A stretch of DNA of 56,777 nucleotides, filler included, from Sphacelaria rigidula (GCA_964200075.2; 4 parts of 4 records of this genome joined end to end with filler, not necessarily neighbours in it); one strand, 5' to 3'; shown: positions 1-14,048, numbered from the whole stretch's first letter. Notes: generated by a model from the sequence alone, not told the origin. Numbers and translations: made by a program.

Positions 1-1729
1 AGTGTCCTGCACTGTATTACCCTAGGGTATCGAGGTACGACACTGTACTCGAAGGATTGTTTACTGCCTGCCTGCTCTTCGGCTTCATGCACGAGTACGC
101 AGTACCACACGCATGGAGAAAATGACCGTCTGTGTACAGAAGCGTTTAACAAATCTGTGATACTGTACTGTTGCCTGTGCCATACAACGGTCCCCCCGAT
201 TTTGAGTCCACGAATTTGAGTGCCCCCGATTTTGAAAAAATCGGGGTCCCAAAAAACTCGAGATTCATTGCCATAAAAGTGGGTCTAGTAACGACCAGTC
301 CTGAGTCTTGTCGAGAAGCAGTTTTGAACTTTGAACAGATTGGATCCCAGATCTGCACGCAGGTTCAGAATAATGCGGCGGGTCTGGAAGTGGTCGTTAG
401 TCCAAGGTCTGTGTAATGCTGCAGACAAGATGCAACAAGGCAACACAATACCTACACACACAGCCCCGAAAAAACACGCACAGACACCCACCACTCACGC
501 GCATCAGTTCCACTGCTAGCCCTTGCTAATCCATACACAGCAGTCTTTGTTTGACGGAAATTCGTTCTGTATTGGACGAGTGGCGGCCGCGTGCGTGTCA
601 TAAACAACCGAATACGTGTCGTTGCTGACTGTTTTGTATGCGTGTGCTGTGCGCGCGTCTCACACAAATCATCATTTCTCAATGAATTCCAAACAGATAC
701 GAGTAAGGACACGCACAACGTGAACAACTGATGAGCAGCTATGGCTCGAGCACTAGTGTGTTTTTGGTTTGCGGGGTCACCAAGTTCCTCGGGTTCAGCT
801 CTGATTGTGTTGGGTTGTGTGGTAAGCCTTTGCATGTGCCGCTGTCAACGGGACATATATGCTATTCCCCTTCGAGGTGCGCAGAAACCCCCTTTTGAAA
901 AGGGGATTTCTGTGCACGTTGCGGGGACTTTTGTTGGGGGGGTGATATTGCAGCGACCAATCAGCGGTCGTTTTTCAAAAAGGGTATCTTGAAAAAGGGG
1001 AGAATCCCTTTCGTCGAAAAGGGCCCTGAACGTTAATTGGATACAAGTCGCTCTTCAGTGCTTTCACATGTGGTGACGGGATTTCCACTTGCTCGGCCAT
1101 ATCATTGTCGCCGTATAGTAGTGTGGCTTCCTACCCTCGCCAACTCTTGATGCAGCCCACCAAAACGTTAGCGTTATTTCTAAAAATATGTTTGCGAGAA
1201 ATTTCTTCATCGACCAAGTGATGAGCACACCTCAATTTTTCACATGAGCAAAAGAAAAGTAGAACAGAAACGCCGTGACTTTTCCAAAGCCACCCTCACG
1301 AGTAGTACCAGGGTACAGAAGTTCACACGCACGACGGATGAGGATTAAACATGTTTTTCACTCCAGGACTCGCGTGCAGAACATGCGTGAAACACCCACG
1401 CCCGCGGCACAAGTTGCCCCGACGTTGTCAGCGCATGTGTCTACCTAGAACACCCCCAAACGATGTCAGAATATCGAATATAGTACTTACTGTCTGTTAT
1501 CTGCAGGTGAGAACAACTTCCCCGAACATTGTCACAGGCATCCATCCTGTCACTTTAGATTACATGCATGTATCAGGTCCGGTCTTGACGGTGCGGGTAT
1601 GTGTATAAACTATTTGGAATATTTCCGTCGGACCTTTCCATTATTCAACCTGTAAAACAAAAACAAAAAGACAGTTCCATGCTGTGAAGGGCAATAACCG
1701 GTTTTCAGGTATCAGTAAAATGCCTCTAA

Positions 1730-1885
1730 CTCATGAAGAAAACAAAAAATTTTGGTACCGAAGTAATTTTTTTGTATGCCCTATGCATTGTCCATACCAA
1801 ATTTCAGGGCCCAACTCTTAATGTATATGTATAAAAGAGCATGGGCCTGCAAACTTCAAATCCGCCTCTAGGCTGGCCCAGCTCG
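1730..1885 (+). mobile_element. Right-end fragment of a TA-flanked MITE family (related to 2479-3108)
   Basis: Aligns with 2950-3108 (tatgccctat..at..ccat..caaattt...ccaactct...atgggcctgcaaact.caaat.cgc...ggctggcccagc.cg|ta). No matching left end found. Confidence 0.6.
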
Positions 1886-2478
1886 TACATGTTTGCGTCA
1901 TCTGTCTCACGTCCCATGCGTAGAGTGCTTGGTCGTCTTCGCCATTGCAACTCTAAACAATTTCTGTCGCGGTACCAACTGTATCTTAACCGCAAGATGC
2001 GCCAACCCTGGCGAGGCGGTGGGCATCGCGTGAGTACTGTCTGTACGGCACCGATCAACACGAGCCATCCCGAACAAAAGCGGGACGGCTAACAATAGAG
2101 AGCCACAGTAGCAGCATTGATGTCGATATAGTCCTTTTCTGGGGTTATCCCATCTGGGAGCATGAAACAACGCACAGCGACAACGATAGCACCGTCTTGT
2201 CTAATGCCCCGTATCCACAGCCGTGCAGGATACAGGAGGCGAAAGCTAAGCGCATATGGAGATTGCAACGCCCACCCCCGCCACCGCAACCATACCGCAG
2301 GCATCATAACGCTCATAGCGAACGTTGAATAGACCAATCCGTATACAGAAAGACAAAGCACTCCTTGTGGGGTCATTGTTGTCCTGGATACCATCTTTCC
2401 GCAGCACGATCCTGTACTGTGGCTGCGGCGGCTGCGGGGAACAGAAGGAGAGTGAAAACGAGTGTAACGGAGTCCATA

Positions 2479-3108
2479 CGAGCGGGGCCAGCCTGGACAC
2501 GGATTTAAGCTCTCAAAAAAACATCTTCATCATCCTTTTTGTTTTCTTCATTTTTTTTCCGGGTTTTTGGGGCAGTTTTGTGGGTAAAGGAACACTGCTC
2601 TTGGACCTTTTATTATCTCAATTTTTCAGCTCAGTTTTTTAGAATTGTGATTTGAAACTCAGGAGAAAGAACCACAGAGGTACGCTGAAAAATAAAAAAA
2701 TGTGCCCTCATTTTGTTTTGCGAGATGTTCGGGCGTTCTCGTAAAACAATGGTGATTTCGATACAAAAACGCCCTAAACCAGTGAAAAAAAAAAATCAAC
2801 CTGACTCACTTTGTTCCGTCAATGATGCCCTAGCCACGGCCCACACAAAGTTTTGATGCACAGACACCAAACGTGGGCCGGTAAATGGCCTCCAAAATAC
2901 TGTTCCGAATTTCTTCTGACCCCGTCACTAACCGTCCCATTCAGGCAAGCCATGAAAAAACAAAAAAACAAAAAAACTTGTGTGCACTTGTATTTGTTTT
3001 TATTATGCCCTATTCATTATCCATGACAAATTTCTGGGTCCAACTCTAAATATTGGCCGGTGAATGGGCCTGCAAACTACAAATTCGCTCCTCGGCTGGC
3101 CCAGCGCG
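2479..3108. mobile_element. Non-autonomous TIR element (MITE), TA TSD, Tc1/mariner-like
   Basis: TA|cgagcggggccagcc ... ggctggcccagcgcg|TA; 15-bp imperfect TIRs and an AT-rich non-coding interior. Confidence 0.75.
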
Positions 3109-3248
3109 TACTAATATCAAGTTTCCGTTATTAAGTGCGTTGTATAATGTAGAGGGACTGGTAATAATTCAAATAAAATTACTTGAAATTAGTTTATGCG
3201 TTATATAATTTGAGTCGTACCCTTGGACCCACCGCCATGATATCAACC

Positions 3249-3430
3249 TTTCACACGCTGGACAATATATGGTCAAGAGTTGCCACAGACGAGAAGTGTA
3301 CTGCATTAGGTATTGTATTAGGCATATTGCAACTATTGCCGGCCGACAATACTCGCAACAGGTCTATACCTAATGCAGTACGTTCCTTGTCTATTGCATC
3401 TATTGACCATATATTGTCCAAGGTGTGAAA
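3249..3430. repeat. ~180-nt foldback / long hairpin
   Basis: tttcacacgctggacaatatatggtcaa...gtactgcattaggtat pairs with atacctaatgcagtac...ttgaccatatattgtccaaggtgtgaaa. Confidence 0.85.
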
Positions 3431-4795
3431 ACGAACACGAAATATTTTTCGTTTCCAGTTAGATTTTTGGAACGTGGTCGTTTGCGAAACCCAGGAGATT
3501 GCGCGTAGCGACCGCAAAACAGGCGAAGGCTCCTCTCAGAAATGATCTACAACGTATGATGCATAGCAGCTCACATGGCGGTGTTGGTTCCTGCGTTGGG
3601 TTGAATCGCAGAACGAAGGTGGAATGTTGTCGGCACATCCCACCGTACCGTTCCGCACCCCTGTTGTCAAAAAGTGCTGGGCACGTCGGCGACCCATGAA
3701 AAATATACTGTATATTGAACTCGGCGAAAACAGAACAGGTTGACCGTTACAAAAGGGGACAGTACAGTGCAGAAGACAGAGAGGGGGAGAGAGAGAGTAG
3801 ACGCCAGAGACCATATCATCCGTACTGTGCGAGATCCTTCAGGTGATACGGCTCTCAGGCAAAGTGATAACATGTGGTGGCCAAGGCAGAGTGTACGTTC
3901 GCGGAGCTCGCGAGGATTCGAGCGAAAACGCGTTCTGCGCACACTGGCGGGTACCTGGGACTGTCAGTCCCGAAAAGATCCGAATTCGGTACTCCTCATG
4001 GAAACCAAGTAGTTTCCAACCATGACATCTGTCGACCAGTTCGAGTTAACTCTCTTCTGTTGTGTTGTTGTCTGTACGTTACAATTGTATAGCCAGCGCC
4101 GAGTGTTGCGCACCGTGTGACATCCATCAAAACGGAAGGGTCGGTACGTGAAACGAAGTGAGAGAATGCAAAGCACCTTCAACGCATTTCTAACCTGGCG
4201 TACCGAACCATGGCAGTTGCACTGTACTGTACCGCAATGTACCTTAATCGGCGTCCTCGATGGTGATGAGCTATCGGTGCCTCTGCCCCCATTCCAGAAA
4301 ATGCAGTGGAGTGAAATGTTGAGTGCAACGGAAGCTCCAGCTAACAACAACAGCAGGCGCCATGTATTACTGCTCCTACTGCTACTGCTATTGCTGTGAT
4401 GTCGATACCTTCCCTGATTAGCGTTCATGTGCATATTTCCGATATCCAACACCACCACGAAACAGGCTTGTTGCTCCGGACCGTTTCCATGCATGTCAAA
4501 GTGATTATCTTTTTTGTCCACCACTTAAGCCCAATCGCTCCGATCTGCAGCGAGCGGATAGGAATTCACACGCAATAGTAGGACATGGAATACCCTTTGT
4601 CCAGGCGCTCGAAAGAGTTAGTACCGTCCCGTTGAACATTACTATAAGCACGCCGACATTACATATACTGTATATCGTATTTTCCAGTTGAATGTGCATC
4701 ATCACTGGAGATGTTGTTGTAGAATGAAGCATGCACCCGCATTCATCAGTAGTAGTGTGGCAGAGCGATCGTCGACCGTGAAGTATTATGTTGTA

Positions 4796-6622
4796 CTCCC
4801 TCTGTCCGGAAATATAAGATCAGTATGGATATCCGGAATATAATATCGATTTCTACTATTTTCCACAAAGTAGGTGATATGGCCTTTGTAGCAAGTCTTA
4901 CAGGTTGTATGTATGATCGGATATGAAACTGGATGAAAAAAAATACAATCCGCTCAAAGGGGGGGACAGTTTGGCATTATCCCCGGGTAGGTGAAATCGT
5001 GGAGTGCGCTCGTTCAGCGTGATTCCATGGAGGCGCTCACGCAATTCTAACCCTAACCCTAACCCTAAAGCACCCTTCTTCAGAACCTCGTTGTTGCTAC
5101 CACATTCTTCTTGCGTTTGGACACCTGGGAGGCACTCCTAGCAGAGGACATACCTCACCAGAAGATGGGAAGGCTTTTGACCGGGTCTTCAAAGTTGGGG
5201 TGGTGGTTTCGAGCGACTTGTGCTGGGGTGGGCCAAGGGCGCATGACATGAAAAAATTATTATTCCTGGACCCACACTACCCCCCCCATCCCCCTCCCCT
5301 CAGCAGCTCCTGATTTGATATTATTCTCTCAAACGAGACACCTGTTTATCAGCCTTTACGCGTCAGTTGCTCAGCAAGACATCTTCGAAACAACGCGCAC
5401 GAGCCGTACGTGGTTTGTTCGTGTGTTTCATGAATAATATACTTTTTTTATGGTGTGCAATGGTGTGAGCAGTGTTGAGTGTTGTTTTCGATTAATTTAT
5501 CAATAATAAAAGTTCTTTGATTATTCAAGATGATTCAAGCAAGTAAAAATGATTGTGCCAAATAAATCACGCAGATCCTCCGGCTACACCCCCTCAGCCA
5601 CACTAGTGCGGCCGTTGCAGTGGTTGCTGCGCTCACAGACGGGTGAAGGTTTTGTGATTCGTCGCAACTGTCCCCCTCCCCCGCCTCGATCTTTTGCCCC
5701 AACTCAATCAACCCGTTTCCCCCCACCGCGTTTTTGACGGTTTCAGTCTTTAGTCTCGCCGCGTTTTTGCGAAACGCCCTTGGCTCTGCTTAAAGCTTAT
5801 GACATACGTACATAGGTATAGTGCACTCGCTGGGATATTCGTCATCATTTGTGATACACAGACGGTGCAGTTGGGATTGTTTTCATATACATTTTAGTAT
5901 GGTACACAATCGGAACAGAAACAATTGCACTACCTATGTATATATTTTGTATATATAACCTTTGCACCGTCTGTGGGTCACAGACTACTTATTTTTTTAT
6001 TATTTTCATATATTTTTTTAGAATACGACAATCGGAACAGAAACATGTGCATCACCTATGTATACATGTCATAACCTTTGGCTCTGCTTGTTCTGGTGTT
6101 CGGGTGCCGAACTCTAGTCATCTGACTCACTTGGGTTTGCTAGGATTCATGATCATAGGTTGCATCAAGCAATGGATCAAACGGTTCAGCGTACTTTAAG
6201 CCCAACACCAAACCAAGACTTGCCGAGACCGCAACTGCTGTTTTGTTTTTCGCTGCTTGTGCTTGGGTGTGCTCTGCAAGTGAAGTGACTCTTCTCCCCC
6301 GTTCAACTCAGTCTAAAACCAAGTAACTTGTGGTTGAGCTTGGTTGCACTGGGTATATAGGATTTAGTATAGAACCGGAACCTGCCAGCCCGAAGCAAGG
6401 TCCCAACAGTGCTACTTTCCCCCCCCCGCCCCCCAATCGGCCCCAAATGGACAAAAAGTGAGTGTGGGTCCAGGAATATTTTTTTCACGCACCCTTGGGT
6501 GGGCTACACTTTTTTGGTCTGTGCTAAAACAAAAACCGGTTCGGAAAAAAAGTTCCGTGGTCCCCAGATATCCCACTTTTTGTACATACGAGTACCGATA
6601 TGATATTTCCGGACAGAGGGAG
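4796..6622. mobile_element. Non-autonomous mariner derivative with Stowaway-type TIRs
   Basis: TA|ctccctctgtccggaaatat ... atatttccggacagagggag|TA; perfect 20-bp TIR close to the Stowaway consensus CTCCCTCCGT. No transposase ORF. Internal direct repeat 5905-5964 / 6027-6080. Confidence 0.88.
5047..5068 (-). repeat. Interstitial (TTAGGG)n-like repeat
   Basis: ctaaccctaaccctaaccctaa inside the Stowaway-like element. Confidence 0.7.
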
Positions 6623-6679
6623 TATATACGTACACAACATTGCCTTAGTGTTTGGGGGGCACCAATAACCAATAACCTA

Positions 6680-7590
6680 TGCGTATGGGTTCGAACCTCG
6701 GTGCAGTCACACGATCTGAAACTTTTTCTCACACCATGTCCAATAGTGGAGAGCAACTATGTCGTGGGTACACAAACTGGGGCTTCACAGTCAACGAGGG
6801 GTAGGGACTACTGAACCCCTCTCGCGATGAAAAAAGACAAGCACCGCAGAAGGAAGTTGAATTCAAGGGTCTGTCGGGAGAAGATTTTCGGGTACGGAGC
6901 CCCCCCGCCTGCCGGAGGGCAATTTTTCGAACACTGTCATGATTTTTTTCTTGATATCATTGAAGAATTTTTTCAAGAAAAACTAACAAAAACCGAAAAG
7001 TTTGGTGGGCTTTGCGACGTTCGGATATTTGCTTCTGTTCCTTGCTCGCTCTACTGTCCCGATGACTTCGCATGCCAGCCACCCTCACAAAGATGTATGC
7101 ACACGAGCGTACGGTAGCGGCAGCCTGCAGCCAAAGTTGCAACTTTATCTCACGCCTCGTCAAACTTGCCCGGACTGCTGGTAGGTACCCGAGGCCCACG
7201 ACACGGAACAATGTCCCATGAACGTAATCATGGTGAGTGATGAGCTTGGGGGGGCGGCGTGTCCGCCAGCTCATCGGTCTTCATGCCAAGGATCTCTGTA
7301 TGTAGACGGTAGGTGACCGCACCCGCCAACGCCTCGGCAATGAACTAGGGGATAGCAGGCTGGGTGTCCCGCCCCCTAACCCCCTCAAAAACTCGAATTT
7401 TCGATTTTCGATGTTGGGGCTTACACGTGTCCAGAAATATTTTTTTATAGATCCGTGGTGGAGTACTAAAACAAAAAAGGGGAAAACTCCTGTGTTGGCC
7501 TTCCTCCTGTTTGACTCCGGCTGATGCGCCCACATATGCCGAAAGGTAGACTGGCGTTCAGAATAGATGAGACGACAAAACACATACACA
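6680..7590 (+). mobile_element. tRNA-derived SINE copy split by an insertion at 6864-7457
   Basis: B box ggttcgaacc at 6688. Segments 6713-6861 and 7458-7590 are colinear with the intact minus-strand copy at 39324-39702. Confidence 0.75.
6864..7457. mobile_element. Insertion in SINE, possibly a hAT-like MITE
   Basis: Interrupts SINE colinearity. Imperfect termini caagggtctgt / atagatccgtg; degenerate 8-bp flanks gttgaatt / gtggagta. Confidence 0.5.
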
Positions 7591-7594
7591 GCAG

Positions 7595-7636
<42 letters not shown>

Positions 7637-7652
7637 CAACAGCAACAACAAC
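7589..7652 (+). repeat. (CAG)n/(CAA)n microsatellite at SINE tail
   Basis: Direct reading. Confidence 0.9.
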
Positions 7653-10600
7653 AGGAAACAACAACGAACGATCGGTGCGATTTTTTTTTCCCTTCCGTGG
7701 ACAAAATGGTCACCTCAGACGTATTTGTTGACGGTATTATGCCCCGAACTGAGCGAAAACGACAACGTATAACATACCCTGTTCATGATCACCGCATTCC
7801 ACCCAAGAGAAGTCTAGGTTATTTTAAAGCGCTGTATGCGCTCTTCACCGAGTGTTTCCGGCGCCTGAAATTCCCGCTTGCCGCCGTAGCGACAAGGGCC
7901 ACTCTCGGTGGCAGGGGAAGTACGGTAATCTTGGGGCGCGCTAATGCCCCGCAAACCCGATCACGATGCTTTGAGATATACCCCAGTTCGCGCAGTGTCC
8001 GTATTTCAGGATAACCATGAGGTACCGCACGGCACTCGCAGCATTGTACTGGGTACGTGGGCACGACGTGCCCGCGAAATATGAAACAATGGCGGCGTGA
8101 GCGAGTATTCTAGTGTATTCTCAATGATACATGAAACCCGATTCAGACGTCATGGTCGGTATACACGCCCTTGCATTGATATCGTGTACCTAATCACACA
8201 TGGACATCTCGAACGTCTCCCTGCTCCCCCTGTGTTGAACGTCTTTTGTCCAATCCCGCTACCCGAGACGGGGGGATAATATGGCGCACGTTTCGCCACG
8301 CTTCAAAATAGAAGAACGAGTTACTTTTATTGTAGTAATCCTAATTGAATTGCGCCTTTCGATCCCTATCTATTCGCATTTTTACATTTCGGCTGATAAA
8401 GATCAAGGACAAAGCCGAACACACACGTGTACCCATTAACACAGGTCATAAACCGCTGCAATGATGCGGCATCGCCACCTACTACTGTAACGATGCTCTT
8501 ACAATCTCACCCCTACAGTCTTCGGCCACTAGAGCTTGCATGAAGCGAACGAGTGACGAACGAGAGCACTTCAATCGAAACAAAACTGGCAAGTAAGACG
8601 ACACACAAACTATATACAATACAGTATCGTACAGTAGAGGTATATCACCTTATGGTGTCACGATCGAATGTCATCTCAGTTGCCATTTTCAGGCCCCGAG
8701 TCTCTCGCTGGTCGAGAACTGAAACATGTGACCACTTTTAATTCGAAGGACATGACACAATCTATAGCGCACGGCAGAGAAAAACACCCCGCGGTTCGAC
8801 GCTACGATAAAACAACATCCCCGCCGCTACATCCTACAGATCTTGAGTCGCACCCTCCGGCACTTCGCTGGCAAACTCAGCGCACTGATGCGGCGGTTCC
8901 CGGAAGCATGTAGGCCGCGTTTCATCCTGGCATCGATTAGTCCGTGGTGGTTTAGTTCCGACACATTTCAGCAACGAGGGAAATGAGAATAGAGACAAAA
9001 GGACGGAGCAAGCGGAGAAAGGGCGAAAAGGTTAACAGTCAGCACTTCGAAAATTCTCAAACATGCTTGCTTGCAGGAGCGAAGCCGGTCGCGGAATATT
9101 CGGCAAGTGGGCAACGCAAACTTCCATTCATTCCCGGAAAGAGTCTTTCACCGGGCTTATCAAAATCGACGAGCCACTGTGGAAGGTGATGTTTTCCTCT
9201 CTTCAATGATCAATAAACTTTCTTCACAACCCTGCGAACCCTTCACGAGACAGGTGGCCGATCTCGAAGAACTTCCGTCCATACTACAGATGATACTCTC
9301 GATGTGTTTGCCGTAGATCTTGAACACGAGTCTCCACCTTGACTCACCGCCAGGCTGCTGTACCTGCCCGCCTCATCTCACCCCTTCGCGATGCACGAGG
9401 TGAGGACTCCACAGTACACTCAACTCCTTGGTATGAAGCGAATGCTAAATGCTATGTGGGTACATGCTTGCGGCATGGACGTGCAATTGCGATTGCGGCA
9501 CCATTGAACACCGACGGAAATAAACGGAAAAAAGAAACCTGGTAAAGTGAGTTTCTGCTGTAAGACACATATCGGGGCGAGAAGGAGGCGAGAAAATAAA
9601 GGAAACGTTTGGATCCAGAAACGAGGCTTACGGTTATGCTGCGAGGTAAGAAACAGCGATACAAAAGAGAGGGAATGCTGGTACGGGTTGCACGCAAATA
9701 AAAAGCAGAGCATTTACCGGACAAGGGAAAACTGTCCCAAATACTCACGAGTAGTTTGAAGTGAGAGAAGTGCAGCTTGATCTTCGTGTCCGGGTAATCC
9801 AACACCTCTACCGAATGCACCGCACATCCACCACCTGGTCCCGATTTTAGTCGCTCGATCATCTTTCCACCTGTCCATAGTGATTCGGAGGGAGCATGAG
9901 GCATCCGTCAACTAGCAGGGGGAGCAATGCTACGGTAGGAGCGCACTTTTTGCGCAAAATCATGTCTGGTTCAGGGGCTCCTAACGATTCCAGACGCACA
10001 AGAATATGGGTTCAGGGCATCCCTGTTTGCAAATTTATTCGGGATACCCCTGGCACATTGGAAAATTAATCCTGGCGTACCCTCACATATTTCATGAGTC
10101 ATGTTTTGGATGAGATATAGGGCTCCTAACAGTTTTAACCTCAGAAAATATGTGTGCACCCCTACCGTAGCATCACTCGGGGTCATCAACGCAATCATAT
10201 GTTGAGAACACTGCGAGACAGTACAGGTCACTGCCACTTGTAGCGCCGAAATCCCCAAGGGTGTGTGCCGTATTTGGCAAACATTCAAGAGGTGATCTTC
10301 GTTTCGACATCGTTGTTCACTGAGGGGCAACTTGTTACCGTTCGCAAATCACCCCCAGTGCATTACCAAGTATTCCACAATTATTAGAGCTGGGTAATGG
10401 TTTGCCTAACCATTAACCAGTTGGATGGTTACGCGTAGCGCACTCATTAACCAGTTAAATGGTACATAATGGTTTGGTCATCGAGCGGCGCAGCCGCGAG
10501 CCAAAAAGCCTCCCCCGGCAGAGGGGACCCCGCCGGAGGCACCCCCGGATGGCCCCACTGGAGGTGTCGTGCCGGAGGCACGTTAATACGCGATTTGACT

Positions 10601-10972
10601 TCACTAGAGCTAAGAAATACATCAAACTTGGGCCAATGTTCAAGGGCTGGATGTAGCATACGTAGCCGGTAACGGTAAATAATGGTTTGAAACCATTTTC
10701 CAAAATCTTCATGTAACCATTTCCATTATCACCATTATAATGATAATGGCAAGTTATAACTGGTACCATTTCCGAGCTCCAACAATTACCATCTTGCTTG
10801 AGGATGCCGCAATAGAACGCTTGCAAAAATGTGCATGAACGTCGGCGTGTTGGGCGTGCGTACTCTATTCTACTCCACAGCGACTCGCAGCGAGCAAACG
10901 AATGATGCCATGATGAACTATACAGGGGGGCGTACTCATTTGTTGCTTGCCTTAGTCGTTTGACCATTGACC

Positions 10973-13900
10973 TTGGGGGGCGCGTACTCATGTGTCGCCT
11001 GCTTTAGTCGTTTGACCATTGACCACTTATCCCTTTCGAGACGGAGCACCGTTCCTACTCCTCATGTAGACACCTCTGATATTTCGGCGCTCATTACGTT
11101 TCTTTCATAAATTACACAAGAACCTTTTACACATCTTGTCCCCTTCCTGTTTCGCCATCTGTGGCCACCATCTATCTCCCAGTATAGCCATCCTTTGTCT
11201 AATGCATCACACGATTTTATGCCACCTTTTACTTCCCATATTTCCCCCTCCAACATGTCCCGTTCCTCCTCATGTAGTTCACATTCTGCCACTTCATATA
11301 TTTTTCTCTCCATTGCTTTGCCACGGGGACAATTCTGTGCACCAACCTTCTTCTCCACTCGACTAGTGGTACTGTATCTCTTGCTTCTTTCCGGGAGGTC
11401 CAGGTTCGCAGTTTCAGAATTTTCGCCGCGTCCATTGGGCCACGCAGATATGTTTTTATTCCTATCCCCTCTCTCAACCCGCCGTATATCTTCAGGTGTT
11501 CTTCCCCGTCTACTTTCTATCTTGGAGTTTCTTTCTCCCTTCCTTTAATCAAGTCTCTTACTTTTGTCTTGTACCCTCCTCCTCCACGTATGGACATTAT
11601 CTCGTCTTGGTTTCCTTTTATCTCCTCCCGTTCGTTATCGACTACTCTATCCCACCTTATTCTAGCTTGCCCTTTCGTCATTTGTTTCCTTCCATACAGC
11701 CCTATCAGCTATGGCTGTGAATCTCTCTGTTTGCATCTTCTCTACGCTGTATTGTCATTCCAAATTCATCACGTCTCTGTTTGTTTCAAGTGGGTACATT
11801 CCCAGATCTGCTCTCAATGATGTAGTACTTGTCGTTTTTGAGCATTCAAGTATTTTCTTGCAATGCTTCCAACTTATTTACCAACTTCGCGTTCCACTCC
11901 CATACGTCCCCTGCATATTTCAGCTTTGGTACAATTACGTTCATCAGAATACATATCTCAATCCTAGTATCTAGGTGCGAGTCTCTGGCGATCACGTCCA
12001 TCCTGCCTACCTGCGCCCTACCATTTTCTAATACGTTATTTGTGCATTCCCAAGAACAGTTTTTGAGATCCCTACGCCAAGGTATGTATAATGGTCTACG
12101 ATCGGTAGTTCCTCTCCTCTCCACTTCCATTTGAACTCTACCGGATTCTACTAATCCTTGTGACATATAAGTACCGCGTATTTTTTGCGTTCGTTGACAC
12201 GCTTCATTTCCTATTGTATTCTATCGCGTTCTCTATTTGCTTCTGCAACCGTTCTGGTGTTTCTGATATCCTCGCAAAAACATCCGCGAACATTAATCCT
12301 GATACCATATCTTCGTCCACATTGACCTCTTGCTTTGCTGCTTCTGTTGATTTCATCATATCACTAATAGATACCTTGAATTAAGTGGGTGATAACGTAC
12401 ATCCTTGTGCAACTTCTTGTGAAATATAAAAATTGTCGACATTCCCTAGCATGATACCACTTTCCGCACATTCTGCCATCTTCACTATTCTCGACATGTT
12501 TCCTCTAATGCCGGTTTCCCACATCTTTTTCCACAGCCCATTTCGCCATACAGTGCAAGAGGCCCTCGGTACATCTAGAAACAAACAGTAAATTGCCAGC
12601 CTGGCGTCTTTCCTACCTTGAATAATCATTCCTAATGTGTACACATGGTCTACGCAACTACGGTTTGGTCTAAATCCTGCTTGCCCCTCCCTGTTTTCTT
12701 TTTCCCTCTCTCGCGTCGTTCCCACCCCATCACTCAGATCTTACAGAATGTTTTCCCTACGGTGTTCAGTAGCGTTATCCCTCTATGATTCCCTGGGTCA
12801 GCCTTGTCTCCTTTTTTGAAAAGGTTTACTACTACTCCTTCCCCCACCTCTTGGGTGTGTACTCGTTTTCCCAGATGCAGTTGTACAGCATAGTCATCAC
12901 GGTAATCACTCCCTCTCCCCCGTACTTTACAAAATCGTTCATTCACTCGTCTGCCCCTGCTCCCTTTCTGCTTCTAACGTCAGCTACACACTCCTTTACT
13001 TCCTCTCTTGTGAATTTCTCTGTAACTCTGTTGAGTCACTATCTTCCCGTTTGGATGCCTCTACATTCGCCTCTGCCCACGCGTTGATTTATTTCTCGAA
13101 TTTTGCGTCGAACCTCTCGTTAGTTCTTGTTGTCCCCATTTTATCTGTGGTGCTTTGCTAGTACTTCTATTTCCCCCCTTGAACTACTAACAACCATTTT
13201 ACCGATCTCTACTCTTAGGGTAGCTATTCCCTGCACTCACTGTCTCTTGTGCCTGTTTCCCCACTATTTTTTTATTCCTTCCCACATTTGTTCTATTCTC
13301 CCATCGAAATATTAATTTCTTTTTCTCAACGACATCTTACCATATTCCCCCTTTTTTTCTCTACCATCTATTTGCTTCCTTTTCAGCCTGAGCGTACTCC
13401 TCCCATCCTACCGAATTTTACTCGATGAATATCTTGCATATGCCTTTCGCCCTACTCTTCTCGCCACTTTTACCTCATAATCCCACCATTTTACTGCTCT
13501 GTTGCTTACGATTAGCTTCTTCCCGATGACTTTACTCGCTATGTTCTTGACCAACTGCTCCCATCCTTTTATTAGCTTCGCTCCTGCCCGATTTTTTCCC
13601 ACTTCGGTATCAACTGTACCTACGCTTTCCAACAACTCGGAAAATTCCACTGCATTTTTGGTCATATCTTCTTGGAACTCTCGTTTTTTTCTCCCATTTC
13701 TATTCAATCTTTTCTCCAATGGTACAACTTCCTACCCCGCCTATTTCTTTTAGATTTCGTCTGTTGTTCTCATGTCGATATTAGGCAATGATCCGTAGTG
13801 CTCACGTCCTCTGCGCACACATGTACTTCCATTTCCTTACTATTTCCAATTCTCTACCACCATATAGTCAAAAACGGAGCGCGCTCTCTCGTCTTTGCAT

Positions 13901-14038
13901 TTTGTAGTCCATGTCTATTGCGCCTCTGGCTTTTGTGCTCTGTCGTTCAGCGTCTTCATCTCGTTATTCTCAAGGAACTTTAGCATTTCTACCCCATTCA
14001 TATTCTCCTCGTCCCCGTATCGCCCAATGATATCATCC
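10973..14038 (-). mobile_element. Degenerate, 5'-truncated LINE (non-LTR retrotransposon) ORF2, reverse transcriptase
   Basis: Minus-strand fragments LFKKGDKADPGNHRGITLLNTVGKTF, GQAGFRPNRSCVDHVYTL, CLFLDV..TVWRNGLWKKM, EVAQGCTLSP, GLMFADV (degenerate YADD) and VIVPKLKYAGDVW. Many frameshifts and stops. Confidence 0.92.
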
Positions 14039-14048
14039 CTATATAGAA

